A stretch of DNA of 51,480 nt, filler included, from Malassezia furfur (Eukaryota): the NCBI GenBank assembly GCA_052055015.1. It is 2 parts of 2 records of this genome, joined end to end, with 100 filler letters (N's around TTAATTAATTAA, not from the genome) between each part and the next. Parts side by side here need not be neighbours in the genome. Positions count along the whole stretch, not along the records: positions 25,799 to 51,480 come from JBQJIT010000133.1; 1 more part is not named here. One strand, 5' to 3'. Made by a program: the position numbers and the translations under genes. Shown in pieces: positions 44,847 through 51,480 of the stretch; the first letter of the stretch is position 1, and every line of letters starts with the position of its first letter. The notes beneath the pieces were generated by a model. The model was not told the origin of the DNA and searched no databases. It was given only the letters and a program-made list of their open reading frames with translations.

Positions 44847-46244
44847 ATGTCGCACGCAACTTGCACTCGCACGTTTGACCCCAGTTTTGCATTGGATGGT
44901 CCTGTGATGAACACGGAATCCCTTGCATACTCCCGGCCTGAAGTCTGGCTTCCAAGCGACCTTGCAATGAGTTGCGGTATTCGCCATGAAAGTGGAAGTC
45001 CCACTTCCTTTCTTACGCCTGGTCCCATTGACTCTTGGGACTCGGGCCATGCTGCGGAGCAGGTCGACACACTCGTTAGAGAGCCGCAAACGCAGCTCGA
45101 ATCGCTCCATGAACCACCCCTTCCCAGCGCATCCCCCATTTCTTTCCCTACACTCCATGTTGATCCATCCCAAGGATGGTCCAAGGCCATGGAGGAACGT
45201 CCGGCTTGCATGAGCAACCCTGAGAATGACCGGCGATCGCCAAGTGTCTCTTCGACCCAGAACAATGCTTTGACACCGAGTGAACCGTCCTCCGTGGGCC
45301 GTGATGCCAACTCGGAGACGGCCAGCGTCGCATCAACGGCTTCTGGCAACGTGTTGCTCATTGAGCGCCTAGATGGGAACGTCACTGAGGGTGACGTCGA
45401 GCAGCATTTTTCTCACCCACCCGAATGGCCTGCAAGCCATCCCATGCGTCGGGCGTACGCGCAAGTCTCGCAAAAGATGCGAGCGACTCTTCCCGTCTCG
45501 CCAGAGCCGTTTGGAGTGCAGTCGGTGCGCATCATCCGCCAGGGCAGCGTGTCCCAAGCCGAAGTGCGTTTCACGTCGCCGCAGGATGGCGAGCGTGCGC
45601 TTGTTGAAATGCAGCACACGATGCTTATCCCGAAGCAGACTCCATGGAATCCTGTTCGTGTTCTGTTGAGTACGGCTGCGGCAACACCGCCGCCCCCCGA
45701 GCGACGATCTCGGCCGCGTGTGCAGCGGACGACGACGACGCAGAGCGAACCGGCGTCGCGTCGCTCTGGACCTCGTCGACGCACCTCGGACCCGAACCGT
45801 TCGGCCTCGGTGCCAGATAGCCTGGCCACGGCTCCTCGTGTCCCCACCACTCTGACCTTTGTGCAAAGCGAAGATGGCGAAACCAAGTCCGGCGCCCCGA
45901 TGCTGGCGTCTGCGCTCGCCGTTGCGCACACTTCGAGTGCGCTTGATCCCAATAACACGACCGTCTTTGTGGGAAGTTTGTTTACGATGGCTTCCGAGGC
46001 GACCCTCTACTCACTCTTTTCTCCGTACGGCCCCATCTTGTCCGTCAACATCCCTCGTGGTCAGGATTGTGGGTTTGTCCAATTCGCCCGGAAGGAGGAT
46101 GCTGCTCGTGCCATTGCCGAGATGCAGAACTGCCCCATGGCCGGCGGCACTCTACGTTTGAGCTGGGGTCGCAGCATAGGCGAAAAGGCAGCTGCACGCG
46201 CCGCGACCCGGGCCGGTCTGCGCTGGGTCGAGGACGTAGCGTAG
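44847..46244 (+). CDS. RRM RNA-binding protein, Nam8/Ngr1/Csx1-like (one degenerate and one intact RRM); start uncertain
   Basis: DPNNTTVFVGSL, IPRGQDCGFVQF and LRLSWGRS match RRM3 of the Nam8/Ngr1 family. An upstream degenerate RRM is present. Confidence 0.75.
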   Translation: MSHATCTRTFDPSFALDGPVMNTESLAYSRPEVWLPSDLAMSCGIRHESGSPTSFLTPGPIDSWDSGHAAEQVDTLVREPQTQLESLHEPPLPSASPISFPTLHVDPSQGWSKAMEERPACMSNPENDRRSPSVSSTQNNALTPSEPSSVGRDANSETASVASTASGNVLLIERLDGNVTEGDVEQHFSHPPEWPASHPMRRAYAQVSQKMRATLPVSPEPFGVQSVRIIRQGSVSQAEVRFTSPQDGERALVEMQHTMLIPKQTPWNPVRVLLSTAAATPPPPERRSRPRVQRTTTTQSEPASRRSGPRRRTSDPNRSASVPDSLATAPRVPTTLTFVQSEDGETKSGAPMLASALAVAHTSSALDPNNTTVFVGSLFTMASEATLYSLFSPYGPILSVNIPRGQDCGFVQFARKEDAARAIAEMQNCPMAGGTLRLSWGRSIGEKAAARAATRAGLRWVEDVA

Positions 46245-46272
46245 AAAGTGGAGGTGGTTGCTCCGTGCATCG

Positions 46273-47408
46273 ATGTCGGACGCGGGCGCGCTTTTGGTAG
46301 TGTTTGTGCACGGGTAGGATAGAAGACAATTGACACAGGTTCAAAGGCAGTGCAGAGTCGACGTTTGAACAGTTTCCCGAGCGGCTCGCACATCTCCTGT
46401 TGCAGACGCACCCCCAGGCGGCGATCGCGTCCCGGGTGTACCCCACGTACGAGACGCGTGGCTCGCTCGAGGCCGCGGTCGACAGCCTGATTGCCTGGCT
46501 CGCGACTGAAGTAACCGCATACGAGCAGGAGCATGGGCGCACATGTATCGTGCTGTGTGGGCACTCGATGGGCGGGCTTGTATCAATGGACGCGGCGCTC
46601 CAGCTGCAACGGAGCACAGCGCGTGGGAAGGAGATGTGGCCACGCATCATCGGCGTGCTCGCTTACGACTCGCCATATCTGGGTGGTATGTAAGGTGTCT
46701 GACCCAGTGCATCCCCATGTGTTTAAGAACCAGTTCTCGGCCTACCACAACTATGCGAATTCCGCCCTCAAGCTCGGTGCGGTGCTGAGCCCCATCGGTG
46801 GCGGTCTCGCTGCGCAATTTGCGTCGCGCTCCACACAGGGCAGCAATGGCGCCTCTGCAACGCCCTCACGTCTATCCACTGCGGCATGGATCGGCGTAGG
46901 AACTGCGGCGGCAGCGGCCATCGGTACGGCGGCAGCGTCAGCGGTGATCAACAAAACCAACCCCGTCGACGAATCGTACCGGTGGGTGACGGAACATTTG
47001 GCGTTTGTGCGCAACCTATGGGAGGTCGATGCCATGTCACAACGTCTTGACGACTGCCACACGAACCACATCCCGTTCCACTGCTTCTATACACGGCTAC
47101 GCCCACGCCCGGGGTCGCTGGGCCCCCAGCCAACGGGGCCGCTGGATCCCACGCTGCGCACCTTTATCCTGCTGCCCGACGAGCACAAGCCGTATGCGGC
47201 CTACTTTTCGCCGCTTGACTTTCCGGTACGTGAATCGCTGACGCAGTCCACCGTCGACGAGATCACTGCGCATACGTCCATCTTTCAAGCGCGCGTGAAT
47301 ACGTCCTACTTTAGCATGGGTTTGGACTCGGCACAGCTTGCTTCCGAGTGGTTTGACAAGCATACGCAAGGGACACGTGCAAATCCCATCAGTCTCGACC
47401 TGGACTAA
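46273..47408 (+). CDS. DUF676/PGAP1-like alpha/beta hydrolase; 3 introns
   Basis: Spliced MSDAGALLVVFVHGFKGSAESTFEQFPERL, CGHSMGG, AYDSPYLGVHPHVF, RTFILLP, DEITAH. Confidence 0.82.
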
Positions 47409-48908
47409 CTACGACCAATGCGTCACCATCGTGTACACCATAGTCATCCAAGTTGCTCGTCATGTCATCGAGTGGCACGACGAGCGTCTCGCTCGACGGC
47501 GCACGCAGGAGTGCCAGCAGCGGATCGCGCGGCTTCGCACGTGGGCACGTCGACTGGACGCGCCGGTGCACGGCCCGCAGCGGCATCGTACGCAGCAGCG
47601 CGGCTTGCGTGTGTGCTGCGTCGAGCAGCGCCGCCGCCTCGTCCGGCGCCGGGGTATGATCGAGGCACAGGATGCCGACGTGCACGAGCTTGGCCTGCCA
47701 CGTCGCCGGCCCACGGTCCACCGGAGGCTCCATACCGTGCTGTGTACACAGCGCTCGGTAGCGTGGCCTGGCGCGCGCGTCAGGTGGGGCGTGCGTGAGA
47801 AAGTAGCGCTCGGCATCTTGTCGCTCCTCCGGAGAGACAGGGGTGTGGTTCAACGAAGCGAGCATGCCGAGCCGTGCAATGGCTTCGGTGCGAAAGGCGC
47901 GCTCGTCGGGCGCGAGCGCCGCAGGCGTGTCGAGTGTGAGCGCAAAGGGCACAGAAAAGAGTGTCTCGAGTGCCTCGATGCTGGGCCAGTCGGCGAGCGC
48001 ATTGCCCTGGAGCGCAAGGGTATGTAGGGCGGGGAACGGCGACGTGCGCTGCACCGACGTGACGCGGTTGTTTGTGAGAATGAGACGCTGCAAGCCTGGG
48101 AGCGTGCGGAGCGCGCCGACGACCGTGGCCATGTCAAGCGCGTTGTCCTGCAGATGGAGCGTATGCAATGCACACAGCACGTCCGCCGGCGGCGTGGCCA
48201 AGGTGGAAAGGCCGTTGGCAGCGAGCTCGAGGGTGCCGAGGCGAGGCAGGCCGGCGCTCAGCGTACACACGTCGGCCCACGATGCCTGTGCGGCGTTCAG
48301 GGCCAAGTGCGTGAGGTGCGGCAAAGCGAGCGGCGCAGTGGGGGCGGCGAGGCGGGTATGGCTGTGTGAGCGACGCACGTACGACAGGACGAGGGTGTCG
48401 AGGTGCGGCACGCCGGCGGCCAGGTTGTTCAGCGCGTCCCACGACGGCAGAAGCGCGTACGAGAGGTCGATGGCAGTCACATTGGCGCATGCGCGGTAGA
48501 TTGCCTCAGCATCGTCGATCGATGCGACGTACACACTGGATGCGTCCGGCACGGCGGGCGGCGGAGCGCCGCCGGTGAGCGAGAGCCAGGCGCGGACGTG
48601 GCCCTCGTACTTTTCATGGAGCGCGTGCAGGAAAGAGGTACCCCACTGGATAGGCGCTGACGCGCGCACAAAGCCCGCGTGGAGCGGCTCGCTGCGGGGT
48701 GAGCAGTGCGGCGCGTGCCGACATACGTGGTAAAGTAGCGCGTGCCGTCGGGCCCGACGCCGTCGTGTTTCCCGCGGCGTGCGCGGTCCCACGCGACGCC
48801 AATCCACTCGCCGTGCTCGGGCGGGAGCGGCCCGACGTAACGCACCGTGCCATATTCGCCGCGGTATACGAGCCGTGCGCCGACGCACGCGCTCACGGCC
48901 ATGGACAT
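47389..48908 (-). CDS. PAC2: Tubulin-folding cofactor E (CAP-Gly + LRR + Ubl); 2 introns
   Basis: GTVRYVGPLPPEHGEWIGVAWD..RGKHDG (CAP-Gly), LRR repeats, ERQDAERYFL and a C-terminal Ubl-like LDDYGVHDGD. Confidence 0.9.
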
Positions 48909-48969
48909 GCCCACTGCGCACAGGGCCCAGTCAAGTGGAGGAGAGAACACCAATAACAGAATGAGTGAC

Positions 48970-51480
48970 CTATGAGATTCGGATGACGACCACGCCGCTG
49001 TCCTTGTCGGATTCGCCGTCGTCGTCCAATGCCCGTGCGGCGTCTTCGAGCGGGAGAATGGACTGGATGCGGGGACAAATTGCGCCGCGCTGGGCGGCGA
49101 CTTTGATGGATTCGAGGGCGATGCGGCAGTCGGGGCCGGCGTCGATGCCGATCCATTCGTAGCCAATGCCCTTGCGGTCCTTGCGGAAGAAGGAGCGGCG
49201 GAGCGAGCGGAGGTGCGAGCGGTACGTCGGCGTGGGCAGCGCACGGTCGTCGCCGTAGCACGTCACAAACTGCCCCTGGTGCGCGAGGATGCGGCGGCAC
49301 GCGTCGTAGATGTGGCGCCCACCAATCGTGTCGACAATCAGGTTGAAGCTCGACTCGTGGAGCAAGTTGATCGCCCAGAGCGCCTCGCCGGTGATGACCT
49401 CGGTCGCGCCGTTGGCCCCGCAGATGCTCACGCCGTCGGCGGCATGCGCCGGGACGTGCGCGATGATGATCAGGCCAAGACGCGACGCTTCCTGCATCGC
49501 GAGCAGGCCAATGCCGTCGTGCGCGTTGAGGATGAGCACACGCGCGCCGCGCGGCAGTACCATGCAGTGGTTCTGTACAATCTGGTGCACCATCACACCC
49601 GTGCTCGGCAGCGCAGCGATCTGCTCGACGCTCAGGCGGCCCTCGGGCGCGAGCGCACACAGGTCCTGGTCGATGCTCATAAACTCGGCGAGTGCGCCGC
49701 ACTTGCGGTAGTCTTGCAGACCAAACACCGTGTCGCCCTTGCGGAGCTTCTTGACGTCCCAGCCGCTCTCGATAACGCGGCCGCAGAAGCTGCGTCCGGG
49801 CACGAAGGGCGTGCCAGGGTCGGTGTGCGCCCGCTCGCGGAGCAGCGCGCGGTCGATGTTGTCGATCGCGACGGCGATGATCTGCACGAGCACCTGCGTC
49901 GGGCTGATCTTGCGCGGCGGCGCCGAGTGCGACGAAAGCGCCACGGTCGACTGGATCGGAGCGTCGGACGTGCCGTTCTTTTCGTCGCGGCGGCGGCGCG
50001 TGCCTTCGCTCGAGGTCGTCGACAGCTTGCGGCGCAGCGCATTGCCCGAAGCCGGCGGCACATTGCTCGTGACGTTGACCGTGATCATCGTCGGGCGGCT
50101 GCGCAGCAGGTCCTTGGTCGAGATGCGCGTGCGGCTCACCGACGAGGTCATGCTCGGCGGGCTCAGCACGCTCTCGCTGTCGGTCGGCGCGAGGCCCAGC
50201 ACACGGTTCGTCGACGCACCCAGCGGCGCCTTTTTCATCACCGACGCCGTCGTGGGGTTCAGCACCGAGGTGCTCGCGGCCAGCGACGGCTCCCGCGTGC
50301 CGATCGGCGAGCCGGCTTGCTGCCGCAGCGTCGTGACGGCGCTCTGTGCGTCCATGTCGGGGCTCGCACGCATGCGCGCGTCGGGCATCGTCGGCGCACG
50401 CAGCGCTGGCATCTGCGAATCGTACCACGTCGACTGCCCAGCCACCGATGCAGGCGGCGACGCAAACTCGCCGCTCTCCGAGTACGGCACCGTCGGCGAG
50501 CCACGGAAGCGGCCGCCCATCGCCACGTCGGGCGTCGAGCTGATCCGGCGCACACCGCCAATCACCGGCGGCTCGTCCAACGGCGAAGTGGGGCGCGAGC
50601 TCTGCCGCTCGCTCGGCGGCAGCACCATCTGCGCACGCGGTGGCGCATGGCGCACAGGGACGGGGCGCGGCGCACGCAACGGCAGCGGCGCGCCGGGCGC
50701 CGCATGGCCAGGCGCCGGTGCACCCGGTGACATGCTGGGGTGCATGCCCTGGGGGGCACCTTGCGGCATGCCCTGAGGGACGCCCTGGGGAGCGCCCTGG
50801 GGAGCGCCCTGGGGGGCTCCACCTTCGGGCGCACCCTGGGCATACTCAGGGCGCACACGGGGGCGCACGTAGCCCTGCGGAGAGAAGCCGTACGCGGTCG
50901 GCGACATGGGCATGTGGCCCGTCGGCGAGGCGAAGCCGCCTTGGGGTGCACCCTGGGGGACAGCCTGAGGATGGCCTTGCGGCATGCCCTGAGGGGCACC
51001 CTGGGGATAGCCCTGGGGATCACCCTGAGGATGGCCCGGAGGAGGGCCCTGAGGATGGCCCTGCTGATGGCCCTGCGGCGCGCCCTGCAGCATGCCCGGG
51101 CGCACCGGCGCATAACGCGGCACCTGAACCGGCGCTCGCACGGGGGCGTATCCCTGTGCACCGACGTACGCTGGACGCGGCGCGTACGCCGGAACGCGGG
51201 GCACCGGCGGCACAGCCTCGTGAGTCGGCGCATCGTACGCCGCTGCCTCGGGCCCAGGCGAGGCGTATGCCGTGTGCGGCACCGTAGGCGGCGCACTCGG
51301 CACGCGGTTCGGCGTAATGGCCGCATGTGCGGGGCGCGCGGGGTATGCGTTCGGCGACGCATACGGGCCCTTTGTATAGTACGCGTGCGTCGGCGAGCGC
51401 GGCATCGCATGCGGCGGCTGCGGCTGCGGCGACATGGGCGGGCGCACGATGGGGCGCACGGCGCCGGGCGGCCCTCCCTG
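48970..51480 (-). CDS. MDR (GroES-like / quinone-oxidoreductase-like) domain protein with a long Pro/Gln-rich disordered N-terminus; probably 5'-truncated
   Basis: QVLVQIIAVAIDNID, PFVPGRSFCGRV, KGDTVFGL, GALAEF, VLILNAHDGIG and IVDTIGG. The frame is open to the window edge. Confidence 0.8.
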   Translation of the reverse strand, partial: QGGPPGAVRPIVRPPMSPQPQPPHAMPRSPTHAYYTKGPYASPNAYPARPAHAAITPNRVPSAPPTVPHTAYASPGPEAAAYDAPTHEAVPPVPRVPAYAPRPAYVGAQGYAPVRAPVQVPRYAPVRPGMLQGAPQGHQQGHPQGPPPGHPQGDPQGYPQGAPQGMPQGHPQAVPQGAPQGGFASPTGHMPMSPTAYGFSPQGYVRPRVRPEYAQGAPEGGAPQGAPQGAPQGVPQGMPQGAPQGMHPSMSPGAPAPGHAAPGAPLPLRAPRPVPVRHAPPRAQMVLPPSERQSSRPTSPLDEPPVIGGVRRISSTPDVAMGGRFRGSPTVPYSESGEFASPPASVAGQSTWYDSQMPALRAPTMPDARMRASPDMDAQSAVTTLRQQAGSPIGTREPSLAASTSVLNPTTASVMKKAPLGASTNRVLGLAPTDSESVLSPPSMTSSVSRTRISTKDLLRSRPTMITVNVTSNVPPASGNALRRKLSTTSSEGTRRRRDEKNGTSDAPIQSTVALSSHSAPPRKISPTQVLVQIIAVAIDNIDRALLRERAHTDPGTPFVPGRSFCGRVIESGWDVKKLRKGDTVFGLQDYRKCGALAEFMSIDQDLCALAPEGRLSVEQIAALPSTGVMVHQIVQNHCMVLPRGARVLILNAHDGIGLLAMQEASRLGLIIIAHVPAHAADGVSICGANGATEVITGEALWAINLLHESSFNLIVDTIGGRHIYDACRRILAHQGQFVTCYGDDRALPTPTYRSHLRSLRRSFFRKDRKGIGYEWIGIDAGPDCRIALESIKVAAQRGAICPRIQSILPLEDAARALDDDGESDKDSGVVVIRIS
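50745..51090 (-). repeat. Coding 12-bp repeats (PQG[A/H/M/Y/V])
   Basis: Repeated gccctgrgg units that translate as QGAPQGHQQGHPQG and APQGAPQGAPQGVPQGMPQG. Confidence 0.85.

Noticed and set aside
28532..48908. Tubulin cofactors C and E in the same window
   Set aside because: They are about 18 kb apart with many unrelated genes between them, so there is no evidence of a cluster.

Overview
A 51.5 kb piece of a very compact, GC-rich basidiomycete yeast genome. It is most likely a Malassezia species, inferred from the gene density, the 21-35 nt introns and the secreted hydrolase expansion. About 33 protein-coding genes can be reconstructed by hand-splicing. Most are housekeeping genes: SSADH, a PA-RING E3 ligase, Sec14, NAA10, NOG1, PUT2, BET3, Axl2-like, Boi-like SH3, metacaspase, tubulin cofactors C and E, a USP, VAC14, CTNNBL1, RBM42, TCTP, NMNAT-like, ISY1, RPL1, RPS11, RPS12 and SAP18. 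An artificial 100-bp contig spacer lies at 25699-25798. I found no RNA genes, transposons or CRISPR arrays. Main observations: (1) a tandem array of three intronless secreted GHSMGGQ alpha/beta-hydrolase paralogs, one membrane-anchored and two soluble; (2) an Nrg1-like zinc-finger gene interrupted by one in-frame TGA just after the fingers; (3) a candidate Ifh1/Crf1-like coactivator head-to-head with NOG1; (4) a PUT2 mitochondrial-presequence-like leader with no in-frame AUG but a GUG in perfect Kozak context; (5) an RPL1 start codon split by an intron; (6) several 21-22 nt introns; (7) a CACGTG motif recurring in tiny bidirectional promoters. All gene models were read by eye without database searches.
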